A program made the position numbers and the translations under genes. A DNA stretch of 64,000 nucleotides from Candidatus Latescibacterota bacterium (GTDB lineage: Bacteria > Latescibacterota > UBA2968): assembly GCA_965242535.1 (NCBI GenBank), contig OZ251458.1:4294525-4358524 (forward strand). Reading direction: 5' to 3'. Of the stretch, positions 39,368-48,844 are shown in pieces. Each line of letters begins with the position of its first letter. Position 1 is the stretch's first letter. Under the pieces are notes generated by a model. The model saw only the letters and a program-made list of their open reading frames with translations, was not told the origin of the DNA and did not search any database.

Positions 39368-40915
39368 TCACGCTTGCGCCACTTCAAAGGCCACCAAGTT
39401 GCGGGTCTTTTTGCTAAATGTCACCGCGATCAGGTGAATCGGCAGGCCCGCGTCTCGATACTTTTCCGCATAGTGCCGCGCGCGCAGTTGCGCCATCGCT
39501 GCGCCATCGGATTCCGATTCGACCACTTTGAACTCGAACAAATAGATGTTGTCATTGAAGCGCACCGCCATGTCCAAACGCCCGTGGCTGCTGCTGTCCT
39601 CTACAGTGATGTCCAATCCCACCGACGCGAAATAGGAGTAGAACACGCTGGCGTAGTAGCCTTCGTAGTCGGCGATGTCGTTTTTGGTGTGCCACTGGTA
39701 GGGGATGCTGGCGAAGAATGCCTTGAACAGCGTCTCGAGGCCGGCGAAATCGTTGATTGACAGCCGTTTGTATAACTGGACGATGTGCGCGGTCTGGGTG
39801 GGCGCATTCCGTAGCAAGTGACGCAACAGGCTTTGGTTCAAGCTTTGCCGCACCTCTTGGTTGGGATACCCCAATTCATAGAGGGGTTGCCCGCCGAGAT
39901 CCTCCTCGCCCTGGAGGGTGAGATAGCCGGTCTGAAACAACAATGCTTCGGTGGCAATGTGGTCAATGTCGAAAGCCGACAGCAACTCGTCGGTGCCGAT
40001 CATGTGCTCTAGATCAAAGGAACTGACCTTGCGCGAGATCAGCGTCTCGATCAGAAAGGTCGGCGTGCCCGTCTCGAACCAGTAGGCGCCGAATCGGCGA
40101 CGGCGAAAGAGCAGGAGTACATCAAAGGGGTTATAGACCCTCTCGTCCCCCAGCCAGTTGTAGCCGTTGTACCAGCGGCGGATTTCGTCGCGATCCAAAC
40201 CCGGGAGTTCCGGCGCGAATACCGTGTCCAAGTCTGCGTCCGTGTACCCACAAAGCGCGGAGTAATGCGAATCGAGGGTGATGTCGATGAGATTGTTGAG
40301 GCCAGAGAACAGGCTGACCTTGGAGAACTTGCTCACGCCGGTGAGAAATACAAACGCGATGTGCGCGTCGTTGTCTTTGATCGTGGCGTATAGGCCACGC
40401 AGAAAGTCGCGGTTGACGCGGGCGATGTCCGGCTCCTCGAGCGCGTCCAAAATCGGCTTGTCGTACTCGTCGATCAGCACCACCACCCGTTGCTCCGCAC
40501 GCTCGTGCAAGGCCCGGATCAGAAAGGCAAAACGCCCCGGAGCCGTGGCGTACTCGGAGATTAATCCCTCCCCGGATTCGATGGTAGCCAGTTGTTCCAT
40601 CACATTCGCTTGCAGATAGCCCGGCTCCTTGAAGTTGCCACTGCCAAAACTCAGGCGCACCACGGGATGGCGAACCGACCAATCCCAATGATCGTGGATG
40701 TCGAGCCCCTCGAACAGCGGCGCGTTGCCCTCGAACAATTCCTTCAACGTGTCGAGGAACAGACTCTTCCCAAAGCGACGCGGGCGAGACAAAAAGAAAT
40801 GGCTCCCCTCATCCACCAGTTGCCGCATGTAGGCGGTCTTATCGACATAGTAGCAGTTTTCCTCTCGAATCTTGCGAAAGGTCTGAATGCCGATGGGCAG
40901 TTTGCGTTTGTTCAT
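39368..40915 (-). CDS. AAA-ATPase-like + PD-(D/E)XK nuclease domain protein
   Basis: LPIGIQTF, YVDKT, SRPRRFGKS, LIDEYDKP, WYNGY, YPNQEV, GRLD..FEFK. Confidence 0.92.
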   Translation of the reverse strand: MNKRKLPIGIQTFRKIREENCYYVDKTAYMRQLVDEGSHFFLSRPRRFGKSLFLDTLKELFEGNAPLFEGLDIHDHWDWSVRHPVVRLSFGSGNFKEPGYLQANVMEQLATIESGEGLISEYATAPGRFAFLIRALHERAEQRVVVLIDEYDKPILDALEEPDIARVNRDFLRGLYATIKDNDAHIAFVFLTGVSKFSKVSLFSGLNNLIDITLDSHYSALCGYTDADLDTVFAPELPGLDRDEIRRWYNGYNWLGDERVYNPFDVLLLFRRRRFGAYWFETGTPTFLIETLISRKVSSFDLEHMIGTDELLSAFDIDHIATEALLFQTGYLTLQGEEDLGGQPLYELGYPNQEVRQSLNQSLLRHLLRNAPTQTAHIVQLYKRLSINDFAGLETLFKAFFASIPYQWHTKNDIADYEGYYASVFYSYFASVGLDITVEDSSSHGRLDMAVRFNDNIYLFEFKVVESESDGAAMAQLRARHYAEKYRDAGLPIHLIAVTFSKKTRNLVAFEVAQA

Positions 40916-41083
40916 CCGTTCCTCCTTGTATCTTCGGACAGGCACGGGGGCCTGTCCCTACGGTTAATGGGGTTGGATGGATTGCCCCCTGTTCACCGGA
41001 TCAGCGTTTTTCGTCGTTTGTTTTCATTGACCACTGATCACTGATCGCTACCCGTCTCCCTACACGCTGATCGCCTTTTCGTC

Positions 41084-44000
41084 TCAATACACATACCGCA
41101 AGCCGATTTGCACTTCGCGCGGATTGCCCAAGCCCGATTGCACGGTGCCGTCAAAATTGAACAGCAGGCCCGCGCTGGAGGGGTCGCGGAAATTGTCCGC
41201 GTTGAGCAGGTTGAAGACCTCGACTATCGCCTCCAACTGGCCGTTGCCCAATGGGATGGGGCGCGACAAGCGGGCGTCCCACGAGAAAAACGCATTGTCC
41301 TTTCGCAGGGTGTTGCGCGGGATAATGCTGCCATTCGCGCATATCCGATCCGAGGCCGCGCCCCACGGATTGACCGAGGGCATGCGCGATCCGCGGTTGC
41401 CGCTGCCGCAGGATTCGGAAACCGGTTGCGCCGAATAATAGCTTATGCGGTTGTTGAGAAAAACTTCGCCGGGCAATTTTGCCAAGGCCCACGCATTGAA
41501 GCGATGGCGTTGATCGCGGTCCGAATAGCCCCACTCGCGGTCTAGCTGCATGGGATCGACATAGCGGAACGTGAAGGGATCGCGCTCGTTGTCGTCGTTG
41601 GATCGATCCCACGACAGCGTGTAGTTGATCTGAAATTGCAGATCGTCTCGCGCCTGATGCCGCAACCCAAAGCCGATCCCGTGATAGCGCGACTCGGCCG
41701 TGCTTTCGGCCACCGTCAAAATGCCGATGCCATTGTCGCCATCCGGGCCCAAGCCCTTGGCCCACGGAGAACCGAAGACCGCGTCGTTGCGGTTGACGAA
41801 GCGCGTCAAGCGGTCCGTGCGGGCGTATGTATAGCCGACAGAACCGACCAACCCCCGCGCGTGCAATTCGCGTTCCATGCCCACATGCGCGCTGAGGGTG
41901 CGCGGGTTTTTGAAATTTTGGTCGACGACCCTGATGTCCGGCCGAAAGGGATCGCCCTCGGGCACGGGCAACAACGCGCCGTACGCAGGCGGCGGGCCCA
42001 AAACAGGCGTTAGCGCGCTGGATCGAAAAATGGTCTGGCCGCGCGAGCCATTGGTCGAGCGCGAACCGGCCACGTTCAAGCCCGGGACGCGCGCGTAGTA
42101 AATGCCAACGTTGCCGCGCAACAGGGTCTTGCTGTCGCCCTGCACGTCGTAGGCCATGCCGATGCGGGGCTGGAACATCGTCCAGTCCGAGGGGATTTTG
42201 CCGTTGGACGGGAAGGCGTATGTCCCCGTGTCGTTGCGCGCTGTTTTGCCGATGAAATCCGAGAAGAAGACTTCGTCTGGCGGCGTGAGCACATCCGGCT
42301 GAATTTGCGCCTCCCAGCGCAGGCCGTAATTGAGCGTCAGTTTGTCCGAGACTTGCCAACTGTCTTGCACAAACGCGGCCAACTCGTGCTGTGGGATGCT
42401 CTGCGTGCCCGCTTCTTCCACCGTGAGCCCCCCGACGCCTGCCTGTTGCAAATAGACCAGGACCGGGCCGACGATCTCGCCCCCATCCGAACATGCCCCG
42501 GTGTTGCTCGTGCTGCCGTCGGCGCACTCGACGTACGCGTTGCCGCGTTCCACAAAATTGAGAAAGCCGTCGACCGAGTTGAAGATGTATCGGCCATTGG
42601 CAAAACCGATGAAGGTCTGCGTGGATTCGGTTCGGTTCCACTCCACGCCTGCTTTGATCAAGTGATCGCCCACGCCCCAAGAGAGGTTGTCGAGGAATTG
42701 GAGGCGGGAATCGTAGTAATCCACCGGGATGAAAAAGGGCAGGCCAAAGCGGTACGCGCCCACAAAATCCATCGCCGTGTCGGGGAAGGGCCGCGCGGTA
42801 TTGGGGTTGATCGGCCCTTCGTAAGGGCGCGGGCGATCCTCGCGGGCGATTTGGAACCGGAACTCGTTGATCGCGTTGCCCGGCAAGAGCGATACCAAGC
42901 TGCCGTTGAACGCATGCGACCAGTCCCGTTCCACCGCATTCGCGCTGCGCGCCCACGAATCCACGTCAAAGGTGCCGTTTTTCTGCTCGGACCACGTGTA
43001 GTTGTATTTGAAGGTGGCCGAGTGATTTTCCGACACATGGTAGTCGATCTTGGCGAGAAAAGCGCGGGCGTCGTTGGTGCGGTCGATGGGGCCGTAGTCG
43101 CCTGCGAGCGCGCCGTTGAACGCGGTGTCCATGAAGTTTCGCACGCGGGGATCGATGCGGTCGATGTCGTCCTGCTTGGTGTCTCGAAAAATTTGCTGGT
43201 CGTAGGCCGCAAAGAAAAACGCCTTGTTTTTGACCAGCGGGCCGCCCAGTGTGAAGCCGAACTGCCCTTGCCCAAAATCGGGCGTGCGCGTCAGGCCCTT
43301 GTGCTCGGCGGTTGCGGACAAGGCGCTGTGTTTGCCAAAAAAGTGCAGGGAGCCGTGCAATTCGTTGGTGCCGGACTTGGTGATGGCGTTGACAAAGCCC
43401 CCGCTGGATCGACCAAATTCGGCGTTGGCCCCTTGGGGAATCACCACGATTTCCTCGACTGCGTCCATGTTGAAGGTGAAGGCCGGGCGCTGCCCGCCGC
43501 GTTGCTCGCCAAAGAAGGGGTTGTTGAAATCCGCGCCATCGACCGAGACGTTGTTGTGAATGCCGCGTTGCCCGGCGATGGTCAATTCATCGCCATCCGG
43601 CCCTTGCACGATGCCCACGCCCGGAGTCAACAGGGTGAGGTTGAGGAAGTTGCGCCCGTTGTTGGGCAAGTCCGCCACCGCTTCTTCGGACAGGCGCGTG
43701 GCCGGCTCGCTCTGCGCGATGTCCACCGCGGGCCGCACCGCTTCGATGAGGGTTTCTTCCAGGATCATCGTCCTGATGTTCTCCGCCGGTCGTTGCACCA
43801 TTTTGACGTTCAGTTCCACGGTCTCGCCGACCCGAACCCGTATGCCCGTCTGACGCACATCGGCGCGGCCTTCTGCTCGCACGGCGATGTCGTAAAAGCC
43901 CAAGGGCAACAAGGTCGCGGCGAACACCCCCTCGTCAGACGACCGCAGAACGCGCCGATAGTTGGTGCGCGTCTCGGTCAACGAAATGGTGGCATTGCCA

Positions 44001-44134
44001 ACGGGCTTGCCGAACTGGTCCCAAACCGCGCCGCGAATAACCCCCGTGGTCGCCTGGGACTGCGCCCATGTAGAACCTGCCAACACAGCGCACAAAAAGA
44101 GGAAGGACGAGATGCGAAAAGCGTTTGTTTGCAT
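41084..44134 (-). CDS. TonB-dependent receptor (Oar-like, with carboxypeptidase-regulatory N-domain)
   Basis: Signal peptide; LPNNGRNF, AEFGRSSGG.VNAITKSGTN, NYGLRWE; ends PREVQIGLRYVY. Confidence 0.93.
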   Translation of the reverse strand: MQTNAFRISSFLFLCAVLAGSTWAQSQATTGVIRGAVWDQFGKPVGNATISLTETRTNYRRVLRSSDEGVFAATLLPLGFYDIAVRAEGRADVRQTGIRVRVGETVELNVKMVQRPAENIRTMILEETLIEAVRPAVDIAQSEPATRLSEEAVADLPNNGRNFLNLTLLTPGVGIVQGPDGDELTIAGQRGIHNNVSVDGADFNNPFFGEQRGGQRPAFTFNMDAVEEIVVIPQGANAEFGRSSGGFVNAITKSGTNELHGSLHFFGKHSALSATAEHKGLTRTPDFGQGQFGFTLGGPLVKNKAFFFAAYDQQIFRDTKQDDIDRIDPRVRNFMDTAFNGALAGDYGPIDRTNDARAFLAKIDYHVSENHSATFKYNYTWSEQKNGTFDVDSWARSANAVERDWSHAFNGSLVSLLPGNAINEFRFQIAREDRPRPYEGPINPNTARPFPDTAMDFVGAYRFGLPFFIPVDYYDSRLQFLDNLSWGVGDHLIKAGVEWNRTESTQTFIGFANGRYIFNSVDGFLNFVERGNAYVECADGSTSNTGACSDGGEIVGPVLVYLQQAGVGGLTVEEAGTQSIPQHELAAFVQDSWQVSDKLTLNYGLRWEAQIQPDVLTPPDEVFFSDFIGKTARNDTGTYAFPSNGKIPSDWTMFQPRIGMAYDVQGDSKTLLRGNVGIYYARVPGLNVAGSRSTNGSRGQTIFRSSALTPVLGPPPAYGALLPVPEGDPFRPDIRVVDQNFKNPRTLSAHVGMERELHARGLVGSVGYTYARTDRLTRFVNRNDAVFGSPWAKGLGPDGDNGIGILTVAESTAESRYHGIGFGLRHQARDDLQFQINYTLSWDRSNDDNERDPFTFRYVDPMQLDREWGYSDRDQRHRFNAWALAKLPGEVFLNNRISYYSAQPVSESCGSGNRGSRMPSVNPWGAASDRICANGSIIPRNTLRKDNAFFSWDARLSRPIPLGNGQLEAIVEVFNLLNADNFRDPSSAGLLFNFDGTVQSGLGNPREVQIGLRYVY

Positions 44135-44149
44135 GGGATACTCCGGAGG

Positions 44150-44228
44150 TGAGACGGGAGATGGGAGATGGGAGACGGGAGACGGGGTTAGCCACAAAAG
44201 GCACAAAAGGCACAAAAACACAAAAAGG
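44150..44228. repeat. Heptamer (GGGAGAY) and nonamer (CACAAAAGG) arrays upstream of the receptor gene
   Basis: Seen directly. Confidence 0.8.
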
Positions 44229-44298
44229 CGATGCCCCGTGCTCGACCAAAGATACAAGACGGGAGATGGAAGTTTAGCCATGAGCGAGTTGCGACTGG

Positions 44299-44387
44299 GT
44301 GATAGCCGAAAACGCGCTCGGTTGCGGCATTGAGCGATTGGACACATGGTTGTCGATGATCGCGATCGCGTCGACCGTGGTTTCAAG
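44299..44387 (-). pseudogene. Frameshifted PAS-domain relic
   Basis: LETTVDAIAIIDNH / VQSLNAATERVFGYH in two frames, FixL-like PAS signature. Confidence 0.55.
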
Positions 44388-44535
44388 CTCTGGCTTGGAG
44401 TCTCTTCCAATGCGCTACCGCAGTTGAGCAAATTCTTTGTGGGCGTTTTGGTCTTTCATTTTTTTTTAAAAAAAAGCACTTGATGTGCTCAAGTGTCCAA
44501 ATCGCAACGGTGGAACAAAGCGGCATGGTGCTTGC

Positions 44536-45342
44536 TCACTGCCCTATTTTTGATTGGGTCGCGAGTACAAAGACCTCTTCGAGATTGTGAAAATTCACGG
44601 AGGGCGCGAGAATCACCTCGCGGAACAACCCCTGCACTTCATCCCCTATCTCGACGACCCGCCCCACGTAAAGCCCTTTGGGAAACAGGTCGCCCAAACC
44701 GGACGACACCACCAAATCGCCGACTTCGATATCGGCCCGAAGCGGCACATTTTTTAGGTAGAACCTGCCGTCTTCAAAAGACACGATGCCGCTGGTTCGG
44801 CTTTCGCGCTGCACCACCGCGCTGACCCGGCAGTTGCGGTTGATGAGCAACTGCACGATAGACGACTGTTCGTGCGCCACCAAAACGCGCCCCACCAAGC
44901 CATCCGCAGTCACGACCGGCATGCGGGCTTGGATACCATCGGCTCGCCCAACATCGATCAACACTGTACTGGACACTCGGGCGGGGGCGCGAGCGATCAC
45001 CCGCGCAACGCTGTAGGATTTTGCGGTCTCTTGATGCGACCGGAAATGCAACAGCGCGTGGAGGCGCGCATTTTCCAACTCGGCTTCTCTGAGCGCGAGC
45101 AAAGCGAGGGAAAGGCGCAGATTCTGATCGCGCAACACCTCATTTTCGTAGCGCAGGGACGAGAGTTCGATAGGCCATGCAAAAACCCGATGCCCCACAG
45201 ATGTCAGCCCAAACACAACGCTGTTTGCAACGCGCATCTGGAGGGCCGAATCGAACAGCATCAGGACCAACGACACAAAAATCGCAACGGCCAGCACGAC
45301 TTGCTCGCGGCGATCACTTAGAAATTCGTAAAATCGTTGCAT
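44536..45342 (-). CDS. mreC: Rod shape-determining protein MreC
   Basis: ENARLHALL, IDVG..DGI...MPVV..GLVGRV, GDLVVSSGL..FPKGL.VG. Confidence 0.94.
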   Translation of the reverse strand: MQRFYEFLSDRREQVVLAVAIFVSLVLMLFDSALQMRVANSVVFGLTSVGHRVFAWPIELSSLRYENEVLRDQNLRLSLALLALREAELENARLHALLHFRSHQETAKSYSVARVIARAPARVSSTVLIDVGRADGIQARMPVVTADGLVGRVLVAHEQSSIVQLLINRNCRVSAVVQRESRTSGIVSFEDGRFYLKNVPLRADIEVGDLVVSSGLGDLFPKGLYVGRVVEIGDEVQGLFREVILAPSVNFHNLEEVFVLATQSKIGQ

Positions 45343-45343
45343 G

Positions 45344-46363
45344 TCATTCCAAAACGTTCTTGTAGCTGTTGAGGTCTGCGAGCACTTTCCCGGTTCCTCG
45401 CACCACGCAGGTTAGGGGCTCATCGGCCACGATAACGGGCAAGTCGGTCTCTTTTTTCAGCCGCTGATCCAGCCCGCGCAACAGGGCGCCGCCGCCGGTT
45501 AAGATGATGCCGTGGTCGAGGATGTCGGCGGCCAGTTCGGGCGGGGTCTGTTCGAGTGTTTGCCGCACCGCGTTGATGATCGCAGCGACGGACTCGGACA
45601 GGGCCTCGCTGATTTCTTTTGAGTCCACGACAATGGTTCGGGGGATGGCTTGCAGTTGTTCCAAACCGCGGCAGGTGTGTTGCAATTCTTCTTCGAGCAT
45701 GCAGGCCGCGCCAACGGCGCACTTGATTTGCTCTGCGCTGCGGCTTCCCACCAGCAAATTGTGTTTGCGCTTGAGGAATTGCACGATGACTTCCGTCATT
45801 TCGTCGCCTGCGATTTTGATCGATTTGGACGTCACGATGCCGGACAGGGCAATCACCGCGATCTCGGTCGTCCCCCCGCCGATATCCACGACCATCGATC
45901 CCAATGCCTCGGCCACGGGCAGGTCAACGCCAATCGCAGCGGCCATAGGCTCTTTGATCAAATAGACCTCGCGGGCGCCTGCCCTATCGGCGGCTTCTCT
46001 GACCGCGCGCATCTCTACGGGCGTGACGCCGGAGGGCACGCAGATCACCACGCGCGGGCGCACCAGCAATTTGTTCTTTTGCACTTTGGAGATAAAAAAG
46101 CGCAGCATTTCCTCGGTCACGTCAAAATCGGCGATCACGCCATCGCGCAGGGGGCGCACGACCTCTATATCCGGTTTTTCGCGGCCGAGCATTTCCCGGG
46201 CGGGCTTGCCTATCGCGAGCGGCTTGCGCGACTGCCGCTCGAGGGCGACAATGGAAGGTTCATTGATCAAAATGCCCTGCCCCTTGACGTAAACCAGCGT
46301 ATTGGCGGTTCCCAAATCGATGCCAATATCGTTTGAAAACCAATTCGAAAACCAAAAAGCCAT
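45344..46363 (-). CDS. mreB: Rod shape-determining protein MreB
   Basis: IGIDLGTANT, RPLRDGVIADF, EPMAAAIG, DIGGGTTE, LTGGGALL. Confidence 0.97.
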   Translation of the reverse strand: MAFWFSNWFSNDIGIDLGTANTLVYVKGQGILINEPSIVALERQSRKPLAIGKPAREMLGREKPDIEVVRPLRDGVIADFDVTEEMLRFFISKVQKNKLLVRPRVVICVPSGVTPVEMRAVREAADRAGAREVYLIKEPMAAAIGVDLPVAEALGSMVVDIGGGTTEIAVIALSGIVTSKSIKIAGDEMTEVIVQFLKRKHNLLVGSRSAEQIKCAVGAACMLEEELQHTCRGLEQLQAIPRTIVVDSKEISEALSESVAAIINAVRQTLEQTPPELAADILDHGIILTGGGALLRGLDQRLKKETDLPVIVADEPLTCVVRGTGKVLADLNSYKNVLE

Positions 46364-46637
46364 AGACCATCTCTCCCACCGGAAGCCGTGGGGCCATCCG
46401 GCAAAATCGGTTAAAAACGAGGTGCGAGTTCGGAATCCAGATCGCCAAAAAAATAAACCGCTATGACAGATGCGGCAAAAATAACGGTTCGCTCGAATGA
46501 TACATGTTTGCCCCGATAAAGTCAAGCGACGCGAAACAGCGCGAAATCGGAAAATACCCTTGACATTTTTTTAAGGCAGTCTGAAATTTGGTCATCCAAT
46601 CGCTCTAAAAAATTTGAATGACATCGGGGAGGTCGCG

Positions 46638-47540
46638 TTGAAAATTCGGAAAGCCGTTATCTCAGCCGCGGGGCACGGCAGTCGCATGTTGCCGGCGACC
46701 AAGGCCCTGCCCAAAGAAATGATGCCCATTGTCGATAAGCCCGCGATTCAGTACATCATCGAGGAACTCGTCGATTCGGGCATCGAAGACATTTTGATCA
46801 TCACGGGCCGGGGGAAACGCGCCATTGAAGATCACTTCGATCGCAATATCGAGATCAAGCAAACATTGCACGAGCGCGCGGATTGGGAAATGCTCGAAAC
46901 TCTAGAGCGCATCGAACAACTGGCCGACATCCACTACGTGCGGCAAAAAGACCAGTTGGGCACCGGGCACGCGGTTCTCAAAGCCCGCAAACACGTCGGC
47001 AACGAGCCCTTTGCGGTTCTGTACGGCGACGACCTCGTGGTGTCGCAAACCCCGTGCATCGGGCAGATGATCGATCAATACACCCGGTACAGCAGTTCGA
47101 TCCTCGCGGTAAAAGAAGTGCCGCCCGAACACATTGGCAACTACGGCGTGATTCAGGCCAAGCGCGTCATTCAGGCCAAGCGCGTCAACGATGTGTATCT
47201 CGTCAAGGACCTCGTCGAAAAACCCGACCCGGCAAACGCGCCTTCCAATCTCGCCACCCTGGGCCGCTACATTTTTGAACCGGAAATTTTCGATTTCCTC
47301 GAACAGATCGATCCGGCCGAGAATGGCGAGTACCAACTCACAGACGCCATTGAACTGATGATCCAATCCCGTGCGGTGTACGCCTGCGCCATCGAAGGCG
47401 AGTGGCACACAGTCGGCGATCTCCTGTCCTACCTCAAAACCACGGTGGCCTTTTCCCTCAATCATCCGACCATTGCCGAGGATTTTCTCACCCACCTCCA
47501 AGAACTCGCGCCCATGCTCCAAAAAGACATGGACGAATAG
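46638..47540 (+). CDS. galU: UTP--glucose-1-phosphate uridylyltransferase
   Basis: KAVISAAG.GSRMLPATKALPKEM, RQK..LG.GHA, LVEKP, GEYQLTDA. Confidence 0.94.
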   Translation: MKIRKAVISAAGHGSRMLPATKALPKEMMPIVDKPAIQYIIEELVDSGIEDILIITGRGKRAIEDHFDRNIEIKQTLHERADWEMLETLERIEQLADIHYVRQKDQLGTGHAVLKARKHVGNEPFAVLYGDDLVVSQTPCIGQMIDQYTRYSSSILAVKEVPPEHIGNYGVIQAKRVIQAKRVNDVYLVKDLVEKPDPANAPSNLATLGRYIFEPEIFDFLEQIDPAENGEYQLTDAIELMIQSRAVYACAIEGEWHTVGDLLSYLKTTVAFSLNHPTIAEDFLTHLQELAPMLQKDMDE

Positions 47541-47556
47541 ACGCCCTCGCCCCGGC

Positions 47557-48024
47557 CTAAGTATTCCAAAAATTAAATGATACCAAATTTTGATACACAC
47601 AAATCAGCACCTGAATGACTCGCTTTTCTAACAACTTTGGTCCTACAGCATCGTGGGTTGCCTCCGATGCGTTGGCTACGCCTGTGCCTACGGCGTGCGG
47701 CGACCTACTTTTTTTCAACAGCAAAAAAAAGTAGGCGAGCGGGGTACAACTGCCCGAGCAGTTCAAAAATGCCGCTCTCATGCGCCGAGGGGCTAGCACA
47801 GCGCGAGCGGGGTACAACTGCCCCAGCAGTTCAATCGCTTTTGTAGTAGTACGACATGCGTCGGCCTGCAAGGTGGGTTGCAAAATGGATGTGGGTTGCG
47901 AGACGGACTTACGCGCTGTGCCTGACGGCTTTCGTTGATGAACTTTTGGGATGGCACTTTGGCGATGGCTTCTTTGAAGGACGGTGGAACGGCAAAGCGA
48001 TCCCGATAATGAATGAGTTGGTCA
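47557..48024 (+). repeat. Large structured element, copy 5 (longest, with three insertion modules)
   Basis: Homologous to copy 1 over its full length. Confidence 0.9.
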
Positions 48025-48030
48025 AATGCC

Positions 48031-48531
48031 TTATACCCCGTTCAGTCGATTCGTCGATTCCCTCATTTTCCCCTCCATCTCGCGCACGAGTTCGGGCCAG
48101 TGTGCCACAATCCGTTTCTCCTCTGTCGCGATGAGTTGCAGATCGCCCTCGGACAACTGACCCGCCTTGCGACAGGCATCGACCTCCTCGCGATCTAACA
48201 CTGTGACCCCGCCATCGAAATCGATCCAGATATCCAACAGCAGATCCAGATAATCCACCCTATTTTCCTCCACGCGCACATCTCGGCACACATGAAACAA
48301 ATGCCCCTTCAGTTCGCCTGAAGGGGCATTCATGCGCCACAAAACGCGCTCGATCCCGGTTTGGTAAAACGCCAGCGTTTGCGAACCCGCTGGCAAATGG
48401 GTATCCGCGACTTGCCAAGAGCGGCGCGATACGTAGGACAACACCACCCAGTCTGCGCCGCGTGCGACCAAATCGCACATGTATTCTTCATCGGGCTTGT
48501 TGAGATGGCGTTTCAATTCGCGGAACGACAC
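48031..48531 (-). CDS. DUF402 family protein
   Basis: YLDLLLDIWI...G..VLDREE. Confidence 0.75.
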   Translation of the reverse strand: MSFRELKRHLNKPDEEYMCDLVARGADWVVLSYVSRRSWQVADTHLPAGSQTLAFYQTGIERVLWRMNAPSGELKGHLFHVCRDVRVEENRVDYLDLLLDIWIDFDGGVTVLDREEVDACRKAGQLSEGDLQLIATEEKRIVAHWPELVREMEGKMRESTNRLNGV

Positions 48532-48541
48532 GGCGGTAGCC

Positions 48542-48697
48542 CTATACGATGAGATAGCAGATCAGCATGGTCAAACTCGCGATGAGCCAGCACAACCACT
48601 GCACGGACCAGCCGCGCTTTCCGCCCATGCCAGAAGATACGGACTGCCCGAGATAACAAAGCGTAAAAATGACAAACATCGCGATGCCCCACAGCAT
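48542..48697 (-). CDS. 51-aa two-TM small protein (not in ORF track)
   Basis: MLWGIAMFVIFTLCYLGQSVSSGMGGKRGWSVQWLCWLIASLTMLICYLIV; AAAGGA RBS. Confidence 0.55.
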   Translation of the reverse strand: MLWGIAMFVIFTLCYLGQSVSSGMGGKRGWSVQWLCWLIASLTMLICYLIV

Positions 48698-48844
48698 AAT
48701 CAGGTCCTTTCAGGTCAGTATCATTCTCCGCCTAGCCCACCCCAAATGAAATATTGAGACCGCAGGGACGTTACCCTCGCGCCCTCGGTTCTCCCTTTCG
48801 CAGTCGCCATTCCCTAACCGACCGCCCCATCCGTCGATCCGTTT

